Shown one piece after another: positions 22,420 to 34,880 of a stretch of DNA of 64,000 nucleotides. Within the stretch, counting starts at the first letter, position 1. Each line of letters starts with the position of its first letter. The stretch is from positions 1,060 to 65,059 of the forward strand of contig QCDO01000009.1 in assembly GCA_003278735.1 (NCBI GenBank). Reading direction: 5' to 3'. Source of the DNA: Prochlorococcus sp. AG-355-J09 (GTDB lineage Bacteria > Cyanobacteriota > Cyanobacteriia > PCC-6307 > Cyanobiaceae). The translations under genes and the position numbers were made by a program. The notes beneath the pieces are model-generated. The model had not been told where the DNA came from, made no database searches, and saw only the letters and a program-made list of their open reading frames with translations.

Positions 22420-23310
22420 TTGAAATCAAAACTTCAGCAGACTTTAGAAAAAAGATCTAAGGTAATAACGGCAGAGTTAATGCCGCCAAGAGGTGGAAGC
22501 CCCATAAGATCTCTTAAGATAGCACAACTTTTGAAAGATAAGGTACATGCTGTTAACATTACAGATGGAAGTAGAGCTGTAATGAGAATGTGCAGCTTGG
22601 CAATGTCCAAACTATTACTGGAAAATGGGATAGAACCAGTAATGCAAATTTCTTGCAGAGATCGTAATAAAATTGCTTTACAATCAGACATTCTTGGAGC
22701 AAATGCTTTAGGAATTAGAAACATTTTATGCATTACCGGTGATTCAGTAAAAGCTGGGGATCAACATGATGCAAAGGCCGTACACGAATTTGAGTCAGTT
22801 AGATTACTTCAACAAATTCAGGCTTTCAATAAAGGGATTGATCCTACTCTAGGAGAACTTTCAGATAAAAAAACATTTATTTTTGCAGGTGCTGCAGCTG
22901 ATCCAAATTGCAAAAATAAAAGAAGTTTAGAAAATAGAATGAGGAAGAAAAAAGAAGCTGGAGCTAGATTTATACAAACTCAAATGGTCATGGAAAAACA
23001 AAATTTAATAGAGTTTTGTGAAAAAATTAGCAATCCTCTCGAAGTTCCTGTAATTGCAGGTGTGTTCCTATTAAAGTCTTACAAAAATGCTCTCTTTATA
23101 AACAAATACGTACCAGGTGCAAACATCCCTGAAAAAATCTTATATCGTCTTAAAGATGCTAAAGAGCCTTTACAAGAAGGTATTGAAATTGCAGCTGAAC
23201 AAGCTCATGATTTTATGAATATCGCAAATGGTGTTCATCTAATGGCCGTAAATGCAGAGCATTTAATTCCTGAGATTATTAAAAAAGCTAATATTAGTCT
23301 GGAATATTAA
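22420..23310 (+). CDS. metF: Methylenetetrahydrofolate reductase
   Basis: 296 aa with MetF-type motifs (E..PPRG, NITDG, LCITGD). The start codon is TTG. Confidence 0.85.
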   Translation: MKSKLQQTLEKRSKVITAELMPPRGGSPIRSLKIAQLLKDKVHAVNITDGSRAVMRMCSLAMSKLLLENGIEPVMQISCRDRNKIALQSDILGANALGIRNILCITGDSVKAGDQHDAKAVHEFESVRLLQQIQAFNKGIDPTLGELSDKKTFIFAGAAADPNCKNKRSLENRMRKKKEAGARFIQTQMVMEKQNLIEFCEKISNPLEVPVIAGVFLLKSYKNALFINKYVPGANIPEKILYRLKDAKEPLQEGIEIAAEQAHDFMNIANGVHLMAVNAEHLIPEIIKKANISLEY

Positions 23311-24472
23311 TCAAATCAGTACCTAATAATTCTGCCATAGCTTTCTGCTGAGGAGATGGCTCAGTCAAATCAGATCTTCTTGAATCTGCTATTAACCAAT
23401 CTAAAGATGCATCTTGCAAATCAAAATGATCTCCATTTTTCCCAACACAATATTTACCAAACACTAACTTATCCATAAGTCTTACACCTTTACCAATTTT
23501 AGAATAATCAAAAATAATTGAGTTATCTATAGTTGCTCCCTCGCAAATGCAACAACTTGGTCCAATCATGGAAGGGCCAATAATAGTTGCTCCATCCTCG
23601 ATCCGGGTCATGCCTCCTATGTAAACCGGCCCTGTAATATGAACTTTGTCCCAATTTGCAGCAACATTTAATCCTGTGAAAACTCCAGGTTTTATTTCCT
23701 TACCGGGTATTTGTACTTGTCTTACCTTGCCTTGCAATACATTTCTAATAGCACTCCAATAATCAGGAACTTTTCCAATATCTACCCATTCAAAATCCAT
23801 TGGTAATGCAAAAAATGGTAAATCCATTTCGACAAGTTTAGGGAAAAGATCAGCTCCAATATCAAATTTCTCTGCTGAAGGAATATAATTAAAAATTTCG
23901 GGTTCGAAAAGATAAATTCCTGTATTTATAGAGTCACTTAAAGCTTGATCAACTGTTGGCTTTTCCTGAAAAGCCTTTATTCTCCCATTTTCATCAGAAA
24001 CTACGACACCGTAACTTGATACTTGATCTTTAGTTACCTTCTTTGTTATTAAACTCGCAATAGCTCGTTTCTGCTTATGTTTTTTAACAGCCTGAGTTAA
24101 ATCTAAATCAACTAAAGCATCACCACATAAAACAACAAAGGTTTCATCAAAGAAATTTTGAAAATCCTGAATTTTTTTTAATCCTCCTGCAGATCCCAAA
24201 GCATCACCTATTAATTCTCCATCTTCAATTCTTCCCTCAAAACTATAAGCAATTTCTACTCCAAATCTTTGCCCATCCCTAAAATAATTTTCAATTTCTT
24301 CAGCCAGATGAGAAACATTTACCATTATTTCCTTAAAGTTATGTTCTCTTAAAAGTTCTAAGAGAAACTCCATAACAGGTTTTTGCAAAATCGGAATCAT
24401 CGGTTTCGGAATAACATGCGTAATAGGCTGAACACGTGTACCTTTACCTGCCGCAAGTATCATTGCCTTCAT
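23294..24472 (-). CDS. Sugar-phosphate nucleotidyltransferase (mannose-1-P guanylyltransferase-like) with a C-terminal left-handed beta-helix
   Basis: 392 aa with MKAMILAAGKGTRVQPIT..IPKPM. The 3' ends of this gene and metF overlap convergently by 17 nt. Confidence 0.8.
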   Translation of the reverse strand: MKAMILAAGKGTRVQPITHVIPKPMIPILQKPVMEFLLELLREHNFKEIMVNVSHLAEEIENYFRDGQRFGVEIAYSFEGRIEDGELIGDALGSAGGLKKIQDFQNFFDETFVVLCGDALVDLDLTQAVKKHKQKRAIASLITKKVTKDQVSSYGVVVSDENGRIKAFQEKPTVDQALSDSINTGIYLFEPEIFNYIPSAEKFDIGADLFPKLVEMDLPFFALPMDFEWVDIGKVPDYWSAIRNVLQGKVRQVQIPGKEIKPGVFTGLNVAANWDKVHITGPVYIGGMTRIEDGATIIGPSMIGPSCCICEGATIDNSIIFDYSKIGKGVRLMDKLVFGKYCVGKNGDHFDLQDASLDWLIADSRRSDLTEPSPQQKAMAELLGTDLINIPD

Positions 24473-24520
24473 GGATTCAGAGCCTCTTTTTAAAGATTAT
24501 ACGTTATTACTAATAAGCTC

Positions 24521-25342
24521 CTAAACAGCAGAAGGATAAGTCTTGGATACCTCAAGATTCTCTATAGGCAATTGAGCTAAACCTCCCTCAGGAATTATTC
24601 TTTTAATTTGAATTGGGCCATATAGAGAGTTAATTTGTTTAATTTCAATTTTGTTTTCAGATGATAAAAATAACAAGGCCCAAAAAACCCCCAAACGATC
24701 TTTATCTAAATCATTTTTTACAACAGTTTGCCATTTCTCAACTAGATATTCAAAGTCTGTCCACTGTAATGCTTTTTCCCACCCATCAATGAATTTACCT
24801 AATGCTTTTGTCGTTTCTGGTAGTTTCTCACGATGCGCTAATGATTTCACTTGAGCAATTAAAACTTTATCTGAATATTTTTTATTTCTTTTTCTCTTCA
24901 TGAGCAGAAGATCTTGGGTTTCTAAAACTTCTGCTATGGACTCTAACTGACTTACAAGTTCTCCCAATGTTGTTGTACGTTTAAGAATTGGTTGTGCAAT
25001 TGATCTTCTCCTTAGATATTTTTCAGGATATTTTGGAATATCAAATTCTTTATCAATCCAATCTTGATCATCCAAATCAAATTCATCTTCAAAATCTGAA
25101 GAATTTTCTTTGAAAACATCAGATTCCAACACCTGAGCCTTAAGATTAACCAGTACGGAAGCCGCAAAAAATGCTTCGCTGGTCTCAGCTAAATCCTTCT
25201 GATATGAGATTTGACTATTTGAAGATTGATTAAAAGTATGTGAGTATTGCTCTAAAAAACTATCAATTACACTTATTACATCAATATCCCATGGATCAAG
25301 ATCACCTTTACCTGCGGCATCTTGAAGAAACTTAATCAACAA
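24521..25342 (-). CDS. scpA: Segregation and condensation protein A
   Basis: 273 aa with an ScpA-like N-terminus (GDLDPWDIDV..I...FL) and an acidic middle region. The start codon is TTG. Confidence 0.7.
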   Translation of the reverse strand: MLIKFLQDAAGKGDLDPWDIDVISVIDSFLEQYSHTFNQSSNSQISYQKDLAETSEAFFAASVLVNLKAQVLESDVFKENSSDFEDEFDLDDQDWIDKEFDIPKYPEKYLRRRSIAQPILKRTTTLGELVSQLESIAEVLETQDLLLMKRKRNKKYSDKVLIAQVKSLAHREKLPETTKALGKFIDGWEKALQWTDFEYLVEKWQTVVKNDLDKDRLGVFWALLFLSSENKIEIKQINSLYGPIQIKRIIPEGGLAQLPIENLEVSKTYPSAV

Positions 25343-25466
25343 TCTAGGCCCTAATTGTTGTTTATGAATAGGGTTGTAGTTAGATATTTTTAAAATAGGT
25401 AATAACTATTCATAAGATATACCCTTAATTATTTAATGCCAAACAATATTGCGTTAATTTTAAAAA

Positions 25467-27107
25467 TTATATAGTTGGAGCTTTTAGGATATCATTTGTT
25501 TTAGTCCCTGAAAAAATATTTGTTTTCACAGCACCTTTAACTGCAGTTAAATCTCGATCCACCAAATTATTGATTGATGCAATGTAACTTTCAGTAACTA
25601 ATCTAGGGTACAAACCTATTCCAATAATCGGTAAAAGTAAACAAGCAATAATATAAACTTCCCTTGGCTCTGCATCTATAAGTTTTCGTTCTTCGATTAA
25701 TTTAGGATTTTCTTTGCCAAAGAAAATTTCTCGTAACATTGAAAGTAGATAAATAGGAGTAAGTATTACACCGATAGCAGCTAAAGAGGCCATTACTACC
25801 CTAAAAGGAAGTGTATAAACTTCATCAGTAACAAATCCTGTAAATACCATCAATTCGGAAACAAATCCACTCATACCTGGCAAAGCAAGCGAAGCAAGAG
25901 AGCAAGCAGTCCATAGGGCAAACATGATTCTCATTTTTTGCCCTACACCACTCATTTCATCAAGTTTAAGAGTCTTTGTTCTGTCATAGGTGGCACCAAC
26001 AAGAAAAAATAAACTTGCACCGATTAATCCGTGACTAACCATTTGTAGCATTGCTCCGCTTGTTCCAAGGCTACTAAAACTCCCTATACCAATAAGAACA
26101 AAACCCATATGACTTATCGAACTGTATGCAATTTTTCTTTTAAGATTTCTTTGAGCAAAAGAAGTTAATGCAGCATAAATTATATTGACTACCCCTAGAA
26201 CTATTAATAATGGGGCAAATTGAGCATGAGCAACGGGTAATAATTGTGCATTAAATCTTAAAAGAGCATATCCTCCCATCTTTAATAAAATTCCTGCCAG
26301 AAGCATATGAACAGGAGCTGTAGCCTCTCCATGAGCATCTGGGAGCCAAGTATGAAGAGGTACGATTGGTAGTTTCACTCCAAATGCGATTAAAAGCCCT
26401 ATGTAACATAATATTTGGAATTTTTGACTAAAATCTTGAGCCGCCAAATGAGAAAACTCAAAGTTAGGAATTTCTGTACCATAGAAGCCCATTGCTAACG
26501 CTGCTAGAAGAATGAATATAGAACTGCCAGCTGTATAAATAATGAATTTTGTTGCTGCATATTGTCGATTTTTGCCACCCCATATAGCCAATAATAAATA
26601 AACGGGAATTAACTCAAGTTCCCAAGTTAGAAAGAATAAAAGCATATCTTGTACTGCAAACACAGCGATTTGACCGCCATCCATAACCAATATTAAAAAG
26701 AAAAATAACTTTGGTTTGAACTTCACTGGCCATGCAGCAAGAACTGCTAAAGCAGTTATAAAACTAGTCAATAATATTAACGGCATAGACATACCATCAG
26801 CGCCAACAGACCAAGTAAGACCTAAATCAGGGAGCCAACTAATATTTTCTTTCAGTTGAACATTTTCATTACTAATATCAAAGCCATTTATATATGAACC
26901 TACAGTTATTAAAAAAGTTATTAATGCAATAGACAATGCAAACCATCTCACCTCTTTACCATCCCCTTTATCTGGGAAAAAAGGTATAACAAATGCACTA
27001 ACAATTGGGAATAAAATTGAAGCAGATAACCAAGGAAAATTAGACAACCCGGCTCCCAAAGTTCCTAAAATTAGTGTCGCAAAATGTGGATAAAAATAAG
27101 TACTCAA
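25467..27107 (-). CDS. ndhD: NAD(P)H-quinone oxidoreductase chain 4
   Basis: 546 aa NuoM/NdhD antiporter-like subunit with [27 protein letters not shown]. Confidence 0.9.
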   Translation of the reverse strand: MSTYFYPHFATLILGTLGAGLSNFPWLSASILFPIVSAFVIPFFPDKGDGKEVRWFALSIALITFLITVGSYINGFDISNENVQLKENISWLPDLGLTWSVGADGMSMPLILLTSFITALAVLAAWPVKFKPKLFFFLILVMDGGQIAVFAVQDMLLFFLTWELELIPVYLLLAIWGGKNRQYAATKFIIYTAGSSIFILLAALAMGFYGTEIPNFEFSHLAAQDFSQKFQILCYIGLLIAFGVKLPIVPLHTWLPDAHGEATAPVHMLLAGILLKMGGYALLRFNAQLLPVAHAQFAPLLIVLGVVNIIYAALTSFAQRNLKRKIAYSSISHMGFVLIGIGSFSSLGTSGAMLQMVSHGLIGASLFFLVGATYDRTKTLKLDEMSGVGQKMRIMFALWTACSLASLALPGMSGFVSELMVFTGFVTDEVYTLPFRVVMASLAAIGVILTPIYLLSMLREIFFGKENPKLIEERKLIDAEPREVYIIACLLLPIIGIGLYPRLVTESYIASINNLVDRDLTAVKGAVKTNIFSGTKTNDILKAPTI

Positions 27108-27192
27108 TTTAATAAGAAATTTATCTTAAATAAAGTCTAGAAATTTTCTGTATTTTTTCACCCCAATGGACAGTGAAGACACACAATTGTAA

Positions 27193-29214
27193 TTAAGATA
27201 CTTGAGGAGATTGAAAACCAAATATAGCAACAAGTAAAATTACACCTCCAAAAACAATAAGCGCATAAAATTGAGCCCTACCAGTCTCAAAATATTTTAA
27301 ACCTTCTCCACTACCTAAAGTTACAAGTCCAGTAAGATTTACGACGCCATCAACAACCTTAGAATCAACCTCTAAAACTTCTTTAGCAAGTTTTCTACTA
27401 CCCTTAACAAAAAGTTTTTCATTAATATCATCTAGATACCATTTATTGGATAAAAATCGGTTAATGGTAGGAAACTTTTGGGCAAATAAAACTGATAAAT
27501 TAATTTTTTTCACAAAATATGCCTGATAAGCAATAATGATTCCAGCTGATGCAATAAGTACTGACGCAAGTGCTAAAGGCAAAAATTCTTTTAATTCGAA
27601 GGCTTGTGCAGCAGTTTCTGCTTCTTCAGGATCCAGTAAATTTGCAATTTTGCTATCCCATGGAAGGCCCATAAAACCGATAATTACAGACGGTACAGCT
27701 AGAAATACCAATGGAAATGTCATTGACCAGGGTGACTCATGAATAGAGCCATGTTCTTCATGCTCTTCTTCATTTTCTTCATCTAGGTTTGTTTTAGAGG
27801 CTATTAGAAGCTCTTTTTGCAATTCTTTATTCTCCCCTCTGAAATCTCCTTCAAATGTCAAGAAATAAAGCCTAAACATATAAAAAGCAGTCATACCAGC
27901 TGTTAGAAGTCCTACGAACCAAAAAGCTGGAAATGATATAAAAGCATTTCCGAGTATCTCGTCTTTACTCCAAAAACCAGCCAATGGGGGGATTCCACTA
28001 ATTGCTACACAACCTATTAAAAATGTTGTTGATGTATATGGCATTTTTTTTCTTAAACCGCCCATCAATCTCATATCTTGAGCTAATACAGGCTGATGAC
28101 CAACTACTTCTTCCATAGCATGTATTACTGAACCAGATCCCAAAAATAGCATTGCTTTAAAGCATGCATGAGTCACTAAATGAAAAATTCCTGCTATTGG
28201 TGCTCCACAACCCATGGCGAGCATCATATACCCAAGCTGAGAAACTGTGCTATACGCTAAACCTTTTTTTAAATCCATTTGGGTCAAAGCTATAGAGGCT
28301 CCTAAAAAACAAGTAATGGTGCCAACAAAAGCAATAATGAACTGAATAGAGGGGAATATTGAATACAAAGGTTGCAGTCTTGCTACAAGAAATATTCCTG
28401 CTGCAACCATTGTTGCAGCATGGATAAGTGCAGAAATAGGTGTTGGGCCTTCCATCGCATCAGGTAACCACACATGAAGAGGAAACTGAGCAGATTTAGC
28501 CATGGGCCCTAAAAAAACTAAAAAACAAAGTAATAAAGCAGCCCAAATGGGTATCGAATTGTCAGATATTGATTGAGAAATTCCAGTAGCTATTTCATTA
28601 AAATCAAAACTATTTGTTGCCCAAAATAGGCCAAGAATTCCCAGTAATAAACCAAAATCTCCCACTCTATTAACAACAAATGCTTTTTGTGCAGCGTGTG
28701 CAGCGCCATCCCTGTCATACCAAAAACCAACCAATAAATAAGAACACATCCCAACTAATTCCCAAAAAACGTAAATTTCTAATAAATTCGGACTAACTAT
28801 TAATCCCATCATTGAACTACTAAATAATGCTAAATATGTAAAAAATCTGACATAACCTTTGTCATGCGCCATATAACCATGAGAGTAAATCATTACAAGC
28901 AAAGTTATTGTAGTTACTAACGCAAGCATTACACTCCCCAAAGGATCAAGGACAAATCCCATTGGAATTGTGAAATCTCCAGCATTGGCCCATACAAATA
29001 ACTTTTCTACTGATTGATAACCATTAACTTGTTCAATTAAAGCTTTATAGCTGATTACCGCAGAAATTCCAACGAAAGAAATCAGACCTACAGAAACAAT
29101 TTCTCTTGAATTATTAATTTTCTTATTAATGCTTATTAGTCCTAAGCCAGAAAGCACTGCTCCAATAAGTGGGAAAACGGGAATTAACCATGCAATTTCT
29201 GAAGCTTGTGGCAT
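27193..29214 (-). CDS. ndhF: NAD(P)H-quinone oxidoreductase chain 5
   Basis: 673 aa NuoL/NdhF with WLPDAMEGPTPISALIHAATMVAAG. Confidence 0.9.
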   Translation of the reverse strand: MPQASEIAWLIPVFPLIGAVLSGLGLISINKKINNSREIVSVGLISFVGISAVISYKALIEQVNGYQSVEKLFVWANAGDFTIPMGFVLDPLGSVMLALVTTITLLVMIYSHGYMAHDKGYVRFFTYLALFSSSMMGLIVSPNLLEIYVFWELVGMCSYLLVGFWYDRDGAAHAAQKAFVVNRVGDFGLLLGILGLFWATNSFDFNEIATGISQSISDNSIPIWAALLLCFLVFLGPMAKSAQFPLHVWLPDAMEGPTPISALIHAATMVAAGIFLVARLQPLYSIFPSIQFIIAFVGTITCFLGASIALTQMDLKKGLAYSTVSQLGYMMLAMGCGAPIAGIFHLVTHACFKAMLFLGSGSVIHAMEEVVGHQPVLAQDMRLMGGLRKKMPYTSTTFLIGCVAISGIPPLAGFWSKDEILGNAFISFPAFWFVGLLTAGMTAFYMFRLYFLTFEGDFRGENKELQKELLIASKTNLDEENEEEHEEHGSIHESPWSMTFPLVFLAVPSVIIGFMGLPWDSKIANLLDPEEAETAAQAFELKEFLPLALASVLIASAGIIIAYQAYFVKKINLSVLFAQKFPTINRFLSNKWYLDDINEKLFVKGSRKLAKEVLEVDSKVVDGVVNLTGLVTLGSGEGLKYFETGRAQFYALIVFGGVILLVAIFGFQSPQVS

Positions 29215-29247
29215 TTTTATAAGAACTTATGTTTTGATTTTAAACTG

Positions 29248-29976
29248 TCAATTGAAAAATTCAGACAAAAATGATGAATTAAATGTTTTAACAGCAATAT
29301 TTATGTATTTATGAGACCACCAAATTACTCCTATTGCAATTAATATGCCAAATTGAGATAACCTAAAAAATTCTTTAATCTTAAATTCTTGCCTCCCCTC
29401 AAGTATTGCCATAAAGGGGATTATTGAAGTATTTTTTTTAAAATTTTCAAATTCTTCTCCAAATCTATTTGCTAATCTCTTATCGCCATGCCAGATTGCA
29501 AAAAGATGATGCAAAACTAAGCCAATAGAAGTTATTAATGTGAATGATGTACCAATCCATAAAGTATGAGCAAAACACCAAATTATCTGTCCAAATGCTT
29601 GTGGATGTCTTGTGATTCGCATTATCCCAGTTCCATAGATTCGTACTTTAGGTTTTAAAACCGAAGGAATTTCTAGCAAATTGTAAGTAGCGGGATATAA
29701 AAATAAAAAACTTATTGCAGTTAATAACCAAACGACTATAAAAACAAAATTATTGCCCTGTAAATTCCATAATCTGATTCCATCATATCTATGAGCCAAA
29801 AAATAACTAATCAAGATAATTGCAGATGGCAAACTAAAGAAAACAAAACATAACCTCCATAATCTTGGACCCATAATTGATTCGGCTTTAATTCTTAAGG
29901 CCGCTCCTCCACTATGAATAACTGCAAAAATCAAAATCAAAAGGAAGATAATTAGGGAAGTTTTATGAGTCTCCAT
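29248..29976 (-). CDS. NnrU-family membrane protein, probable 15-cis-zeta-carotene isomerase (Z-ISO)
   Basis: 242 aa polytopic protein. ITRHPQAFGQIIWCFAHTLW and HHLFAIWHGDKRL resemble the Z-ISO/NnrU signature. Confidence 0.6.
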   Translation of the reverse strand: METHKTSLIIFLLILIFAVIHSGGAALRIKAESIMGPRLWRLCFVFFSLPSAIILISYFLAHRYDGIRLWNLQGNNFVFIVVWLLTAISFLFLYPATYNLLEIPSVLKPKVRIYGTGIMRITRHPQAFGQIIWCFAHTLWIGTSFTLITSIGLVLHHLFAIWHGDKRLANRFGEEFENFKKNTSIIPFMAILEGRQEFKIKEFFRLSQFGILIAIGVIWWSHKYINIAVKTFNSSFLSEFFN

Positions 29977-30059
29977 ATATTAAGATTGTTCAAATAATTT
30001 TTGTTCTTAACAAGTATGCTCTTAAGCATTAGAATTATAGGAAATTGTAGGCATAATAG

Positions 30060-31004
30060 ATGCCAGAATTACCATTTACACTCGACCAATTAAGAATATT
30101 AAAAGCTATAGCAGCTCAAGGAAGTTTTAAAAAAGCTGCGGATCTCTTATATGTGACCCAACCTGCCGTGAGTTTACAAATACAAAATTTAGAAAAACAA
30201 CTTGAAATTACAATTTTCGACAGGGGTGGTAGAAAGGCTCTATTGACTGAAGCAGGGAGACTATTACTTGAATATTGTGAACGAATTTTGAATCAATGCG
30301 ACGAAGCTTGCAAAGCTATTGAAGATTTAAATAGCTTAAAAGGTGGAACTCTTGTTATTGGAGCGAGTCAAACAACTGGTACCTATTTAATGCCGAGAAT
30401 GATAGGACTATTCAGACAAAAATATCCTGATGTATCTGTTCAACTTCAAGTCCATAGTACTAGAAGAACTGGTTGGAGTGTTGCCAATGGACAAATTGAC
30501 TTAGCCATTATTGGCGGTCAATTACCTGGAGATTTGGAAAATTTGCTACAAGTAATTCCATATGCCACTGATGAATTGGCATTAGTTTTACCATCTAAAC
30601 ACCCACTTTCGAACAAAAAAGAGCTTCTAAAAGAAGACTTATACAAATTAAATTTCGTAACGTTAGACTCACAATCTACAACCAGAAAAGTTGTTGACAA
30701 ACTTCTCCAAGATTCTGGGCTTGATATTCAAAGATTAAAAATTGAGATGGAACTTAACTCTCTAGAAGCAATCAAGAATGCAGTGCAATCAGGTTTAGGA
30801 GCATCCTTTTTGCCTGTTGTTTCTATTGAAAGAGAATTATCGGCTGGAACAATCCACAAAGCATTTGTTGCTGATTTAGAAGTTAAAAGAGAACTTAAAT
30901 TAATTACTAATCCGTCAAGATATACATCAAGAGCATCAGAAGTATTTAAGAAGAACATTCTTCCACAATTTGCTAGTTTAGAAAGCCCTTTGAGGCATAT
31001 ATAA
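30060..31004 (+). CDS. LysR-type transcriptional regulator (RbcR/CmpR/NdhR group)
   Basis: 314 aa with an N-terminal wHTH ([40 protein letters not shown]). It diverges from the Z-ISO-ndhF-ndhD string. Confidence 0.85.
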   Translation: MPELPFTLDQLRILKAIAAQGSFKKAADLLYVTQPAVSLQIQNLEKQLEITIFDRGGRKALLTEAGRLLLEYCERILNQCDEACKAIEDLNSLKGGTLVIGASQTTGTYLMPRMIGLFRQKYPDVSVQLQVHSTRRTGWSVANGQIDLAIIGGQLPGDLENLLQVIPYATDELALVLPSKHPLSNKKELLKEDLYKLNFVTLDSQSTTRKVVDKLLQDSGLDIQRLKIEMELNSLEAIKNAVQSGLGASFLPVVSIERELSAGTIHKAFVADLEVKRELKLITNPSRYTSRASEVFKKNILPQFASLESPLRHI

Positions 31005-31625
31005 TTAAAACTGAATTGCTTCTTTGTTAATACCTACTCCTCCGTCTTCGGCTTGTCCATCGCCTTTTATTATAAATTTATTTTCATTTACATCAGTCTG
31101 ATAAACGCACTTAACTATTGGCTTATCTCTTATGGAGCCAATATAAGCAAAAGTATTCATCCTTTGCTTACATTCTCTTACATCTTCATTACTAATTGCG
31201 CCCTGTTTTTGTAAAACTGTCCAATTCTCTCTTCTTATAACACATCCTGGCTGAAGAGCTGGTTGCGTTACAAAGCTCGTAGATGGATTTAGAGTCGTAT
31301 ACATTTCAACATCAATTACAAAAGCACTAGCTCCCCATTGTCTGCAAAATTCAGGGTCTGGAACAGCCATATCTAGTTGTTGTTGACTTGCTATATTTCC
31401 CTGACCGCCATCTGTTGTGCTGGTAATAGCGCTCCCAATACCAACTCCTAAAATTAGTACTCCAGCAAGTACGGCAATGGTTCCTGTACTAAAGTTGATC
31501 TTTTGTTCAGAAGAAGAAGGCAATCTATTATTTCTTTGACCATACGAATCCATATCCCTTGTTTTTGGATAATAACTTCTATTTGGGCCTCGCCTTGGCC
31601 TTCTATTTGAGGATGATCTATTCAC
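31005..31625 (-). CDS. Conserved hypothetical protein with a basic N-terminus and one TM helix
   Basis: 206 aa with the TM segment [15 protein letters not shown]. It has a 4-nt overlap with ndhM upstream. Confidence 0.5.
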   Translation of the reverse strand: MNRSSSNRRPRRGPNRSYYPKTRDMDSYGQRNNRLPSSSEQKINFSTGTIAVLAGVLILGVGIGSAITSTTDGGQGNIASQQQLDMAVPDPEFCRQWGASAFVIDVEMYTTLNPSTSFVTQPALQPGCVIRRENWTVLQKQGAISNEDVRECKQRMNTFAYIGSIRDKPIVKCVYQTDVNENKFIIKGDGQAEDGGVGINKEAIQF

Positions 31626-31969
31626 AGCACTTCATTTGTCTTTGGTAAACCCATTGAATAATTCATTACTCTACAATCAGGGTTATAACTTAACTGACCA
31701 TTTTGAAGCAAATATTTTATTAAACCTTCAATTTCTGATCCTATTTTTCGAAGTTCATAATCATCTAAATCCTTTCCTGCTCTATCTTTTATTAATTCAT
31801 TGAATTTTTCATTTATTTTGTCTAGAGAATCTTTGCTCCAAATAAATTCATTATCTGGATCTAAATCAAGAGTTAATTTGTTGGGATGAAACTTTAATTC
31901 TTCATCTACCACTTCGGCAGTAAAAATTCTTACATGTCTAGTAGTCGATTTTAAAAGCATTTTTTCCAT
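31622..31969 (-). CDS. ndhM: NAD(P)H-quinone oxidoreductase subunit M
   Basis: 115 aa. [15 protein letters not shown] is typical of cyanobacterial NdhM. Confidence 0.8.
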   Translation of the reverse strand: MEKMLLKSTTRHVRIFTAEVVDEELKFHPNKLTLDLDPDNEFIWSKDSLDKINEKFNELIKDRAGKDLDDYELRKIGSEIEGLIKYLLQNGQLSYNPDCRVMNYSMGLPKTNEVL

Positions 31970-32017
31970 AATTTTACGAAATAATCAACGAAAAAAACTA
32001 TTATGTTCTAACTTTAA

Positions 32018-33460
<1,443 letters not shown>

Positions 33461-33493
33461 CGTTTACAAACCCTTGAATTTAGCTAAAACTTT

Positions 33494-34402
33494 TTGAAAA
33501 ATTCAATTTCTCAACTAGATCAAGCATACGAGGTATGCCGGAAAGAAACTCAACAATGGGCTAAAACCTTTTACTTGGGAACTCTCTTATTACCTCAAGA
33601 AAAGAGAAGAGCTATTTGGGCTATCTATGTATGGTGTAGAAGAACAGATGAAATAATGGATAGCGCAGAAGCCTCAACTAAATCGCAAGATGAACTTTCA
33701 GATAATCTAGATGCATGGGAAGAAAATACTAAAAATGTATTTAAAGGAAACATTAAGTCTGAATTAGACTCAGTTCTATTAGATACGATCGAGAGATATC
33801 CACAAAGTATTCAACCTTATCTTGATATGATAGATGGTCAGAGAATGGATCTGAATAAATTTAGATACAAAGATTTTGATGAATTAAAACTCTATTGTTA
33901 TAGAGTCGCAGGGACTGTTGGTTTAATGACTCAAAATGTAATGGGAATTGATAGCGCTTATACATCAGCGCCATGGAGTGCTATGCCTGACCCCTCTGAA
34001 GCAGCTATAGCTCTTGGAATTGCAAATCAATTAACAAATATCTTGAGGGATGTAGGAGAAGATAGACAGAGAGGAAGAATTTATCTCCCACAAGCGGATA
34101 TTGAAAAATTTAATTACTCTGAAGAAGAACTTTTAAAAGGAAAAATAAACAAGCAGTGGAAAGCACTGATGAACTTTGAATTAACAAGGGCTCGCGAATG
34201 GTTCCAAAAGTCTGAGGATGGTATTAAGTGGCTATCTTCTGACGCAAGATGGCCGGTATGGACGTCTTTACGACTTTATAGAGGAATATTAGATTCTATT
34301 GAAAGATTAGACTATGATGTCTTTAATAATAGGGCTTTTGTAAAAAATTCAGTAAAAGCTCTTGAGATTCCAATATCTTTTTTAATTTCTCGAATTAAGT
34401 AA
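33494..34402 (+). CDS. crtB: Phytoene synthase
   Basis: 302 aa with YVWCRRTDE, YCYRVAGTVG and LTNILRDVGED..RGRIYLP. The start codon is TTG. Confidence 0.95.
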   Translation: MKNSISQLDQAYEVCRKETQQWAKTFYLGTLLLPQEKRRAIWAIYVWCRRTDEIMDSAEASTKSQDELSDNLDAWEENTKNVFKGNIKSELDSVLLDTIERYPQSIQPYLDMIDGQRMDLNKFRYKDFDELKLYCYRVAGTVGLMTQNVMGIDSAYTSAPWSAMPDPSEAAIALGIANQLTNILRDVGEDRQRGRIYLPQADIEKFNYSEEELLKGKINKQWKALMNFELTRAREWFQKSEDGIKWLSSDARWPVWTSLRLYRGILDSIERLDYDVFNNRAFVKNSVKALEIPISFLISRIK

Positions 34403-34822
34403 CTAGGCAGGCGTCTTCTGATTCGCCAACAAATCTTTCAATTTAGATAATTCTCCAGCCCATCTTGGATCAGGAGCTTCGAGGTTAGGAGCATCACTAT
34501 GAACAATTTTCTTAAAGTCTTTCTTCTTCTTGTTTTTGTTTAATTTTCCACCATTTCTTTTGTTTAAAGAAGAATCTTTCTTTTCTGATAGCTCTACTCT
34601 TAATTTAGAACCATTAAATTCAAAACCATTTAAATTTTGAATTAATAAATTAGCGTTATCTTCATTATTAGCTGTAGCGAAACCAAACCCCCTGCATTCC
34701 TTAGTTTCTTTATCTAGAACTGCTTTAAATCTAATAGAATCAGAAACTGATTTTAAAAGTTTATCAAATTCCTTTGAATTAAATCCTTGTGGTAAGTTGC
34801 CAATGTAAATGCGAATACTCAT
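34403..34822 (-). CDS. RRM-type RNA-binding protein with a Lys-rich tail
   Basis: 139 aa with RNP2 (IYIGNL) and RNP1 (RGFGFATA). Confidence 0.85.
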   Translation of the reverse strand: MSIRIYIGNLPQGFNSKEFDKLLKSVSDSIRFKAVLDKETKECRGFGFATANNEDNANLLIQNLNGFEFNGSKLRVELSEKKDSSLNKRNGGKLNKNKKKKDFKKIVHSDAPNLEAPDPRWAGELSKLKDLLANQKTPA

Positions 34823-34880
34823 AAATTTTTAAAAATGATTTTGAAGTCTGAACTTCTAAACAAAACTAAGCTATGTGTAT

